DNA of 64,000 nucleotides from assembly GCA_030390025.1 (NCBI GenBank), contig CM059432.1, forward strand, positions 47,928,001 through 47,992,000, read 5' to 3'. Below are positions 34,955-45,892 of the stretch, one piece after another. How positions within the stretch are numbered: the stretch's first letter is position 1; each line of letters opens with the position of its first letter. The position numbers and the translations under genes were made by a program. The notes beneath the pieces are model-generated. The model was given only the letters and a program-made list of their open reading frames with translations. It did not search any database and was not told the DNA's origin. Source of the stretch: Squalus acanthias. Its lineage: Eukaryota.

Positions 34955-37900
34955 TACATGGCCTACAATTCAGAGCAGCTGAAGGCAGTTAATTAGGGAA
35001 ACTAGATTAAACTGGTTTTCCTGTTGTAGGGCTTAGCCAGCTCCTTTGTTTCAGGGCCTATAAAAACAGGCTTTGCAGTGCGGTTTTAACAGAGTGCTAG
35101 GAGTTGGGTGAGTCAGGAAGTTAGGTGAGGAGTGGAAGGAGGAGCTCCCTTGCTTCACCTTTGCTTTTCCTAACTTTTCACCCTGTAGGAATTGGTTCTT
35201 ACTTTACACCAAGGAAAGAGTCCGAGAGCGGGAGCAGTCAAACAACAACAACTGCAAAACCGCTAAAGTGACATCACAACCAGGGAAGGAGCTGATTGGT
35301 AAGTAGGACCTGGAGAGTATTTCTATGGTCCAGTCATTAAAGTAAAAGTTAGGTCTCTAGTTTAGAGTAAGTAGTATGTAAAGTGAAGTAAGGTCCCTAG
35401 TGTATTTAATATTCTTTAATTTAGAGGAAGTAAGGGGAGTAAATTAAGGGTAGGACATGGCAGGGCAGCTCAGCAGCGTGGAGTGCTCCTCCTGTGCTAT
35501 GTGGGAAGTCAGGGACACTTTCGGTGCCCAGGGCGAACACGTGTGCAGGAAGTGTCTCCAGCTGCAGCTACTCGAAATCTGCATTTCGGAGCTGGAGCTG
35601 CAGCTAGAGTCACTGTGGAGCATCCGCGAGGCTGATATCTTCGTGGATAGCACGTTTAACGAGGTGGTCACACCGCAGGTAAAGAGTGCACAGGCAGAAA
35701 GGGAATGGGTGACTGCCAGACAGAGTAAAAGAACTAGGAAGGTAGTGCAGGAGTCCCCTGGGTCCATCTCCCTCTCCAACAGATTTTCCGTTTTGGATAC
35801 TGCTGGGGGAGATGGTTTCTCAGAGGAATGCAGCAAGAGCCAAGTCCGTGGCATTACGAGTGGCTCAGCTGCACAGGAGGGGAGGAAAAAGAGTGGGAGA
35901 GCAATAGTGATAGGGGATTCTATTGTAAGGGGAACAGATAGACGTTTCTGTGGCCGCAGACGTGATTCCAGGATGGTATGTTGCCTCCCTGGTGCCATAT
36001 TGACTGGGCTAATCAAATTACCACTAATGGTGTGGAGGACGAATTCTTGGAATGCATGCGAGATGGTTTCCTGGATCAGTATGTGGAGGAACCAACCAGG
36101 GAACAGGTTATTCTGGATCTGGTACTGTGTAATGAGAAAGGGCTAATCAATAATCTTGTGGTAAAGGGGCCTTTAGGGACAAGTGACCATAATATGATTG
36201 AATTTTATATTAAGTTTGAGAGTGATGAAGTCCAATCTGAAACTAAGGTCTTCAATCTAAACAGAGAAAACTACAAGGGTATGAGGGACAAGTTGGCCAT
36301 GGTAGATTGGGAGACTACACTAAAAAGTATGAAGGTGGACATACAATGGTTAACATTCAAGGAAATAATGCATAATTTGCAACAAACTTATATTGGTCCA
36401 GGACATAAAAACCCAAAAGGAAAAGTGATCCAACCATGGCTAACAAAAAAAATTAAAGCTAGTATTAAGTCAAAGGAGGAAGCTTATAAAGTTGCCAGAA
36501 AAAGTGGTCAGCCTGAGGATTGGGATCTTTTTAGAAATCAGCAAAGGGGAACCAAGAAATTGATAAAGAAAGGGAAAATGGAATATGAGCACAAACTAGC
36601 AAAAAATATAAAAACGGATTGTAACAGCTTCTATAGGTATGTGAAAAGGAAAAGACTGGCGAAGGTAAATGTAGGTCCTTTACAGTCAGAGACGGGAGAA
36701 TTTATAATGGGGAATGAGGAAATGGCTGAGAAATTAAAGAAATACTTTGTTTCTGTCTTCACGGGGGAAGACACAAAAAACCTCCCAGAAATACGAGAAA
36801 ACCAAGGGTGTGGTGAGAATGAGGAACTTAAAGAAATAATTATTAGTAAAAAAACAGTACTAGCAAAATTAATGGGACTAAAAGTCGATAAATCCCAAGG
36901 ACCGGATGACCTACATCCTAGGGTTTTGAAAGAGGTGGCCATTGGGATAGTGGACGCATTGGTTGTCATCTTCCAAAATTCTATAGATTCTGAATTCTGG
37001 TTCCTGCAGATTGGAGGATAGCAAATGTAACCCCGCTATTTAAGAAAGGAGGGAGAGAGAAAATGGGGAACTGCAGACCTGTTAGCCTCACATCAGTAGT
37101 TGGGAAAATGCTGGAATCTATTATAAAGGATGCAATAACTGGGCACTTAGAAACTAATAGTAAGATTGGGCAGAGTCAACATGGATTTATGAAAGGGAAA
37201 TCCTGTTTGACAAACCTATTGGAGTTCTTTGAGGATGTAACTAGTGGAGTAGACAAAGGGGAACCGGTAGATGTGGTGTATTTGGATTTTCAGAAGGCCT
37301 TCGATAAGGTCCCACACAAGAGGTTGGTGAACAAAGTTAGGGCACATGGAATTGGGGGTAATATACTAGCATGGATTGAGAATTGGTTAACAGACAGAAA
37401 ACAAAGAGTAGGGATAAACGGGTCTTTTTCAGGATGGCAGGCTGTGACTAGTGGGGTATCGCAAGGATCGGTGCTTGGGCCCCAGATATTCACAATCTAT
37501 ATCAATGATTTGAGTGAGGGGACTAAATGTAACATTTCCAAATTTGCTGATGACACAAGCTAGGTGGCAGTGTCAGTTGCGAAGAGGATGTGAAGAGGCT
37601 TCAAGGGGAACTCAACAGGCTCAGTGAGTGGGCGAGAACATGGCAGATGGAATATAATGTGGATAAATGTGAAGTTATCCACTTTGGTAGAAAAAACAGA
37701 AGGCAGGGTATTTCCTAATTGGTGAAAGATTGGGGAATGCAGATGCTCAAAGGGACCTGGGTGTCCTTGTACATGAGTCACTGAAAGTGAATGTGCAGGT
37801 GCAGCAAGCCATTAGGAAGGCAAATGGTATGCTGGCCTACATTACAAGAGGATTTGAGTACAGGAGTAAAGAAGTCTTACTCCAATTATAGAGGGCCTTG

Positions 37901-38478
37901 GTGAGACCACACCTGGAGTACTGTGTACAAATTTGGTCTTCTTACCTAAGGAAGGATATACTTGCCATAGAGGGAGTGCAGCGAAGGTTCACGAGATTGA
38001 TTCCTGGGATGGCGGGACTGTCGTATGAGAAGAGATTGAGTAAACTAGGCCTGTATTCTCTTGAATTTAGAAGAATGAGAGGGGATCTCATTGAAGCATA
38101 TAAAATTATTACAGGGCTTGATAGGGTGGATGCTGGGAGAATGTTTCCCTTGGCTGGGGAGTCTAGAACCAGGGGCCACAGCCTCAGGATAAAGGGTAGG
38201 CCATTCAGGACTGAGATGAGAAGAAATATCTTCACACAGAGGGTGGTGAATCTTTGGAATTCTCTACCCGAGAGGATTGTAGAGGCTCATTCTTTGGGTA
38301 TATTCAAAACAGAAGTCGATAGATTTCTGACTAGTAAGTGCATCAAGGGATATGGCGATAGGACCGGTGAATGGAATTGAGTCAGAAGATCAGCCATGAT
38401 CTCATTGAGTGGTGGAGCAGGCTCGAAGGGCCGAATGGCTTACTCCTGCTCCTATTTCTTATGTTCTTATGTTCTTAT
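34955..38478 (+). mobile_element. CR1 LINE with 5' UTR, internal deletion of the ORF1/ORF2 junction, and frameshifted ORF2
   Basis: ORF1 from 35457 (CxxC...CxxC, IGDSIV) joins mid-APE at ~35997. RT motif KFADD; (ATGTTCTT)n tail. Confidence 0.93.
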
Positions 38479-38631
38479 CAGGTGGTTGAGGAGAAGGTTG
38501 GTGGTGTTGTTGGTGCTGCTCATGTGCCTGGTGCTGCTAGTGCTGGGGCTCATCGTGGTCCGATTCTGAGGACCAAGGTGAGACAGTATAAACGGCACCC
38601 ATTCTGATGTAATAGATGGCAGTTTTTTTTA

Positions 38632-40437
38632 AATTCGTTTATGGGACCTGGGCATCGCTGGCAATGCCAGCATTTATTGCCCATCCCTACTTGCCCTTGA
38701 GAAGGTGGTGGTGAGCCGCCTTCTTGAACTGCTGCAGTCCGTGTGGTGATGGTACTCCCACAGTGCTGTTAGGTAGGGAGTTCCAGGATTTTGACCCAGC
38801 GACGATGAAGGATCGGCGATATACTTCTAAGTCAGGATGGTGTATGACTTGGAGGGGAACTTGGAGGTGGTGGTGTTCCCATGCGCCTGCTGCCCTTGTC
38901 CTTCTAAGTGGTAGAGGTCGCGGGTTTGGGAGGTGCTGCCGAAGAAGCCTTGGCGAGTTGCTGCAGTGCATCTTGTAGATGGTACACACTGCAGCCACGG
39001 TACGCCGGTGGTGGAGGGAGTGAATGATTAAGGTGGTGGATGGGGTGCCAATCAAGCGGGCTGCTTTGTCCTGGATGGTGTCGAGCTTCTTGAGTGTTGT
39101 TGGAGCTGCACTCATCAGGCAAGTGGAGAGTATTCCATCACACTCCTTACTTGTGCCTTGTAGATGGTGGAAAGGCTTTGGGGAGTCAGGAGGTGAGACA
39201 CTCGCCGCAGAATAACTAGCCTTTGACCTGCTCTTGTTGCCACAGTATTTATGTGGCTGGTCCAGTTAAGTTTCTGGTTAATGGTGACCCCCAGGATGTT
39301 GATAGTGGGGGATTCGGCGATGGTAATGTCAACGGGAGGTGGTTAGACTCTCTCCTGTTGGAGATAGTCATTGCCTGGCACTTCTGTGGCACAAATGTTA
39401 CCTGCCACTTATCAGCCCAAGCCTGAACGTCATCCAGGTCTTGTTGCATGCGGGCATGGACTGCTTCATTATCTGTGGAGTTGCGAATGGCGCTGAACAC
39501 TGTGCAGTCATCAGCGAACATCCCCATTTTAACCTTATGTTGGAGGGAAGGTCATTGATGAAGCAGCTCAAGATGGTTGGGCCTAGGACACTGCCCTGAG
39601 GAACTCCTGCAGCGATGTCCTGGGGCTGTGATGATTGACCTTCAACCACCACAACCATCTTCCTTTGTGCTAGGTATGACTCCAGCCAGTGGAGCATTTT
39701 CCCCCTGATTCCATTGACTTCAGTTTTCCTAGGGCTCCTTGATGCCAGACTCGGTCAAATGCTGCCTTGATGTCAAGGGTAGTCACTCTCACCTCACCTC
39801 TGGAATTCAGCTCCTTTGTCCATGTTTGGACCAAGGCTGTAATGAGGTCGGGAGCTGAGTGGTCTTGGCGGAACTCAAACTGGGCATCAGTGAGCAGGTT
39901 ATTGGTGAGTAAGTGCTGCTTGATAGCACTGTTGATGACACCTTCCATCACTTTGCTGATGATTGAGAGTAGACTGATGGGGCGGTAATTGGCCGGGTTG
40001 GATTCGTCCTGCTTTTTGTGGACAGGACATACCTGGGCAGTTTTCCACATTGTCGGATAGATGCCAGTGTTGTAGCTGTACTGGAACAGCTTGGCTAGAG
40101 GCGCAGCTAGTTCTGGAGCCCAAGTCTTCAGCACGATAGCCGGGATGTTGTCGGGGCCCATAGCCTTTGCTGTATCCAGTGCGCTCAGCCATTTCTTGAT
40201 ATCACGTGGAGTGAATCGAATTGGCTGAAGACTGGCTTCTGTGATGGTGGGGACCTTGGGAGTAGGCCGATATGGAACAACCACTCGGCACTTCTGGCTG
40301 AAGTTGGTTGCAAATGGTTCAGCCTTGTCTTGTACACTCACGTGCTGGGCTCCACCATCATTGAGGATGGGGATATTCTTGGAGCCTCCTCCTCCCGTTA
40401 GTTGTTTAATGGTCCACCACCATTCACGACTGGATGT
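38632..40437 (-). mobile_element. Non-LTR retrotransposon (CR1/L2-group, clade unresolved), 5'-truncated
   Basis: NYRPISLLS, AFDRVWH, QGSVLGP and MFADD motifs; A-rich end; clearly divergent from the CR1 copies. Confidence 0.88.
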
Positions 40438-40624
40438 TTTCAGGTAGAGATGACAGAAGCAATCTGTCAATGGTGTGATAGGTTCTACCAATGAGGTGAC
40501 AGTGGATCCTGACTTTGCTGGAAACACTTGCAACCTCTGGAAAGCTAAATCTGTGCTGACAATGCACTCAGCAACAGCATCTGGTTTAGGAAAGTGACCA
40601 GCTGTCAGGTGGGTATATTTATTG

Positions 40625-42106
40625 TAATCGAACAATGGGCTGCCTTTACAGAGGAGATGGTTCAGGTACAGTCGAGGTACATTTCCACGAGGGGGAAAGG
40701 TAGGGCAGAGCTCCCTGGATGCCGAAGGAGATAGAGTAAAATGAAGCAGAAAAAGAGCGCCTATGACAGATGTCAGGTTGAGAATACATCCGAGAATCAG
40801 GCTGAATATAGAAAGTTCAGAGGGGAAGTGAAAAAGAAAATAAGAGGGACAAAGAGATAGTATGAGAGTAGATTGGCAACTAACATAAAAGGGAATTCAA
40901 AAGTCTTCTATAAGCATATAAATAGTAAACGGGTAGTACGAGGAGGGGTGGGGCCAATTAGGGACCAAAAAGAAGACCTATACTTGGAGGCAGAGGGCAT
41001 GGCTGAGGTACTAAATGAGTACTTTGCATCTGTCTTCAACAAGGAAGAAGATCCTGCCATAGACATAGTGAAAGAGGAGGTAGTGGAGATACTGGATGAG
41101 ATAAAGAGGAGGTACTAGAAAGGCTGTCTGAACTTAAAGTTGATAAGTCACCAGGACCGGATGGGATGCATCCTAGGATGCTGAGGGATGTTAAGGAGGA
41201 AATCGCAGTGGTACTTACCATAATCTTCCAATCTTCCTTAGATACGGGGATAGTGTTAGAGGAGCATTGCAAATGTTACACCCTTGTTCAAAAAAGGGTG
41301 TAAGGATAAACCCAACAACTACAGGCCAGTCAGTTTAACCTCGGTAGTAGGGAAGCTTTTGGAAACGATAATCAGGGACAAAGTTAACAGTCACTTGGAC
41401 AAGTGTGAATTAATTAAGGAAAGCCAGCACGGATTTGTTAAAGGCAAATCGTGTTTAACTAACTTGATCGAGTTTTTTGACGAGGTAACAGAAAGGGTTG
41501 ATGAGGGCAATTCGGTTGACGTGGTATATATGGACTTCCAAAAGGCGTTTGATAAAGTGCCACATAATAAGCTTGCCAGCAAAGTTGAAGCCCATGGAAT
41601 AAATGGGACAGTGGCAGCATGGATATAAAATTGGCTAAGTGACAGGAAACAGAGAGTAGTGGTGAACGGTTGTTTTTCGGACTGGAGGAAGGTATACAGT
41701 GGTGTTCCCCAGGGGTCGGTACTGGGACCACTGCTTTTCTTGATATATATTAATGACTTGGACTGTGGGTGTACAGGGCACAATTTCAAAATTTGCAGAT
41801 GACACAAGACTTGGAAGTATAGTGAACAGTGAGAAGGATAGTGATAGACTTCAAGAAGACATAGACATCCTGGTGAAATGGGTGGATATGTGGCAGATCA
41901 AATTTACTGCAGAAAAGTGCGAAATGATACATTTTGGTAGGAAGAACGAGGAGAGGCAATAGAAACTAAAGGGTACAATCCTAAAGGGGGTGCATGAACA
42001 GAGAGACCTAGGGGTATATGTGCACAAATCGTTGAAGATGGCAGGACAGGTTGAGATAGCGGTTAAAAAAGCTTACGGGATACTGGGCTTCATAAATAGA
42101 GGCATA
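40625..42106 (+). mobile_element. CR1 ORF2 fragment, left part; continues at 49644-50172
   Basis: RT motifs. The sequence AGAGGCATA|GAGTACAAAAGC is reconstituted when 42107-49646 is removed. Confidence 0.9.
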
Positions 42107-42368
42107 GAGCTCAATTTTAATTCCTGAGGCAGGTTGGAGTCGGGTTGCGTGTTGGGCAGGTTCCAGAGCTGCTTACAGCGGGATCAGCTGCTGATGTCCG
42201 ATTTTGATTCAATGAGCTTGTTAATTTGAATGAGGCGCGCTGGCCGGTCCAATGAGTGGGATCGGGTCGGCTGGCCGCCTCTGATGACATCATAATAGCA
42301 GCTGCTTTTAAAGCTGCCATTCAGCCTAAGCCTTTCTCTTTTGGATTCCTGGACTTGATTTATACGCA

Positions 42369-44305
42369 ATGACTTCTTCCAGAGGCAAGGCAGCTCCTCG
42401 TTTTAATGATGACTCCCTCCATGTTCTTGTGGATGCTGTCAGAGGGCGCAGGGAGATTCTCTTCCCTCCTGATGGCTGGAGGAAGCCTCCTCAGCAGACC
42501 AAGGCAGCCTGGCTGCGCATTGCTGAGGAGGTCAACGCAAGGTCCATATATGCACGGTCATGGATCCAGTGCTGAAAAAGGTTTAATGATCTTGTGCGAA
42601 CATCAAAAGTGAGTAGCCCATCTCACTTGCCTTCACTCTGCTTCCCTTCACTTCTCATCACCAGCACTCTGCTTTGTAAGCCTCCTCCTTCACATCCCAC
42701 CTTACTCTTACTTCCCTTGCACCCTTACCTATCCATCTCTGTCTCTGCACTGAATCACTTCAGCATCCTGCCTATGCGCCCCTTCGACTCGCTCTCACTG
42801 TCATGCAGTGACAACAACTAACAACGCACAGGGAGCTACCTTCCTCTTGGCACCTTACCCCATCTTCGTCTCCCACAAAGCTTCTATGGGAGGGATTAAT
42901 CACACTCACTCCATCACTGTGGCTGAAACACCGCTTGTGTCCCTCCTTGCAGGAAAAGATAGCCCACAATAAGAGGGAGAGAGCAATGACTGGAGGAGGA
43001 ACACCTACCCTAGCCACATTGACCAGTGCTGAGGAGGCAGCAAATGAGATTGTTGGCGGTGGTGAGGACCTGGAAGTGGGCGATGGCGAGACGGGCACAC
43101 TAGAGGAAGCTGGTGACATAATAGAGTTTCACCCCTCTCAGAATGCAATGGCATATGATGTTCATAGACAATCGCATTGTATCATCTGCTCAAAAGGATG
43201 TGTCGGCTACATTAATATCAGATGTCTAAATCATGCCTTTACTCTCCCACAGGACCATCGAGTGCCCCCTTCCCCATGATCCAGGACGAAGAACCGGACA
43301 ACTCCTCAGAGGAACCTGAAGCCTCTGAGGGAGCAGCGTCACCAGGACTCAGCGCACCCAGCACCAGCGCAGCAACGCACAGCTCGGTGGGGCCCTCGCG
43401 AGTTAGAGTTGCCACCTGGTCTATCACAGCGCACAAGTGAGCCTCGGCAGATGATGGAGACAGTGACAGCAGCGGAGAGTTCTCTGCGGAGGTCGCAGGA
43501 CTCTCTTAGCTCTGCTGAACTGCATGCAGACTCTGTGCCTCTGGGACCATCCAGAAAAAGAGTGTCTCGGGAAATACAGGAACAAGTGCAGGTGTCTCTG
43601 GAAGGGTTTGCCTCCAGGGTTAGTGCGAGTGTGGAGAGAATGGAGGAGTCCATCTATAACATCAGCATTGCCGTGGTGGAGGCAATGGTGCATGAATGCA
43701 CTACCATGGATAGGATGGCAACCTCCGTGGAAAGGCTGGCTACCTCAGTGGAAAGGATGGCTACGGCCATGGAGGAAATAAGTCGGCAGAGTCAGAAAAA
43801 CATGGTGACTGTTCAAAATAGAATGTCATCTCTGGAGGAGCGATGGGCAGCTATTGGGCAGAGAGACCAGAGCTTCATCGACGTCCTTTTGAGGAGGACT
43901 GCCAGTGCAGATATGGGTCCTCATGTTCTCCATGATGTGCAGCAAGGTGCTCTCCAGCCACTTGCCAGCACTGAGGTGCGGCTGACCCATGAGAGGGATG
44001 TTGTTGGCAGGACAGAAGGAAGTGTGGGCTTCTCTCAAAGCGCTCACATGACCATGCCACTGCGGAGCCCTCAGTCAGATACCCACTTTGCAGAGACAAC
44101 TGAGATGGCCATTTCAGCCCCTGCACAGCTGCAGGAAGAGCAGACTTTTGAAGAGCCCTCCCAGGCTCCCAAACCCAGAGGACGCCCGCCAAAGGTATCT
44201 AAGCAGGCGCAGCATCCTAGTCAGCAAGGTGCCTCTACATCTGCTGAAGCCACAGGAGAAGCACCACGTAGAAGCACACGTAAGAGAAAGATTAAGCACC
44301 TATAG
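42369..44305 (+). pseudogene. Harbinger Myb/SANT gene, three exons (42369-42608, 42953-43112, 43253-44305)
   Basis: Canonical GT-AG borders with compatible phases. One TGA (42573) and one frameshift (~43408). Heptad repeats and a basic C-terminal NLS-like tail. Confidence 0.88.
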
Positions 44306-44532
44306 TCAAAAAGGGGAGTCACTTGGGTGATGTTTCTTTTTTTCTGACTGTTGCTACTTTTGTGATGTTTAAAAGATAAATTATATCAAACAGTTGATTG
44401 TGTGGCCTGTGTTATGGGAAATGGCAAAAGCACACTGAGGGCTCAGGGCGACTTGCTTTTGTAATGCTGATGGTAAAAGTGATAGGAAATAACAGGGTAT
44501 AGCAGAGATGATGTATGATGTTGGACAACTGT

Positions 44533-44769
44533 CACAGAGGCGGCGGACCTGGGTGGAGCGGCTGCGGCGAGGCGGAGGACTTAAGAGGCGGCGGCGACCA
44601 GGTAGGCCCACAGAGGCGGCGGACCTGGGTGGAGCGGCTGCGGCGAGGCGGAGGACTTAAGAGGCGGCGGCGACCAGGTAGGCCCACAGAGGCGGCGGAC
44701 CTGGGTGGAGCGGCTGCGGCGAGGCGGAGGACTTAAGAGGCGGCGGCGACCAGGTAGGCCCACAGAGGC
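44533..44769 (+). repeat. Three identical 76-bp CpG-rich monomers in the CR1 5' UTR
   Basis: CACAGAGGC recurs at 44533, 44609, 44685 and 44761. Confidence 0.95.
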
Positions 44770-44965
44770 TTTTAAAGTGCGGGACGCAGTGGTTGCTGGG
44801 TAGGTGATTAATTTTTACCTGTATATAAGTTGGGCAGTTCCTAAACCCGAGACACTACACTTGTAGTGTCCCCCACCCTTCCTCCTCCTCTAACCTAAAG
44901 GAGGTGAGTGACTATCAGGTAAGCTCTTTTTTGTTCTAGTTTAATCTGCAAGTTAGCTGGAGGGG

Positions 44966-45892
44966 ATGGCAGGGGAGGCAGTGAAATGTTCCTCCTGCAG
45001 AATGTTTGAGGTGAGGGACGCCGTCGGTGTCCCTGCTGATTACACCTGTGGGAAGTGCACCCATCTCCAGCTCCTCGAAAACCGTGTTAGGGAACTGGAG
45101 CTGGAGCTGGATGAACTTCGGATCATTCGGGAGGCAGAGGAGGTCATAGATAGAAGCTTCAGGGATGTAATTACTCCAAAGCATGAAGATAGATGGGTGA
45201 CGGTGAGAGGGGCTGGGAGGAAGCAGTCAGTGCAGGGATCCTCTGTGGTCGTTCCCCTCAGTAACAGGTATACCGCTTTGAATACTGTTGAGGGGGACGA
45301 CTTACCAGTGGTAAGCCACGGTGACCGGATCTCCGGCGCTGGGTCGGTCCCTGTGGCTCAGAAGGGAAGGGGGGAGAGCAGGAGAGCAATAGTTATTGGG
45401 GACTCAATAGCCAGAGGGACAGATAGGAGGTTCTGTGGCAGCAAAAGAGACTCACGGATGGTATGTTGCCTCCCAGGTGCCAGGGTCCGTGACGTCTCGG
45501 ACCGTGTTTTCAGAATCCTCAAAGGGGAAGGGGAACAATCACAAGTCGTGGTACACATCGGTACCAACGACATAGGTAGGAGAAGGGACGGGGATTTAAA
45601 ACAGGAATTTAGGGAGCTAGGTTGGAAGCTGAGAGCCAGTACAAACCATGTTGTAATTTCTGGTTTGTTGCCGGTGCCACGTGCTAGCGAGTTGAGGAAC
45701 AGGGAGAGAGTGCAGATAAACACGTGGCTGCAGGGATGGTGTAGGGGGGAGGGTTTCAGTTATGTGGATAATTGGAGCACATTCTGGGGAAGGTGGGACC
45801 TGTACAAACAGGACGGTTTGCACCTGAACCAGAGGGGCACCAATATCCTGGGAGGGAAATTTGCTACGGCTCTTCGGGGGGGTTTAAACTAA
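44966..45892 (+). CDS. CR1 ORF1p: zinc finger + leucine zipper + SGNH/GDSL esterase (308 aa)
   Basis: CSSC...CGKC, LENRVRELELELDEL, IGDS, HIGTND and DGLH. Confidence 0.95.
   Translation: MAGEAVKCSSCRMFEVRDAVGVPADYTCGKCTHLQLLENRVRELELELDELRIIREAEEVIDRSFRDVITPKHEDRWVTVRGAGRKQSVQGSSVVVPLSNRYTALNTVEGDDLPVVSHGDRISGAGSVPVAQKGRGESRRAIVIGDSIARGTDRRFCGSKRDSRMVCCLPGARVRDVSDRVFRILKGEGEQSQVVVHIGTNDIGRRRDGDLKQEFRELGWKLRASTNHVVISGLLPVPRASELRNRERVQINTWLQGWCRGEGFSYVDNWSTFWGRWDLYKQDGLHLNQRGTNILGGKFATALRGGLN

Larger units (their letters stand above)
16372..40620. mobile_element. PIF/Harbinger transposon fragmented by nested insertions; right terminus not found
   Basis: Left end GGCCAGAATTTT. Pieces at 16372-16393, 18032-20533, 38478-38632 and 40440-40620 are collinear with the related element at 55324-56770. 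Confidence 0.8.

Noticed and set aside
20531..35163. 86-bp direct repeats as LTRs or a TSD of the Tx1 dimer
   Set aside because: No TG...CA ends, PBS or PPT. The right copy is ~120 bp from the Tx1 end and continues into CR1 UTR.
35457..37021. Novel ORF1/ORF2 arrangement in this CR1
   Set aside because: Explained by an internal deletion at ~35997 that removed the esterase C-terminus, the junction and most of the APE.
39670..40635. 321-aa ORF with an unusual N-terminus
   Set aside because: Chance read-through from Harbinger sequence into the truncated LINE RT.
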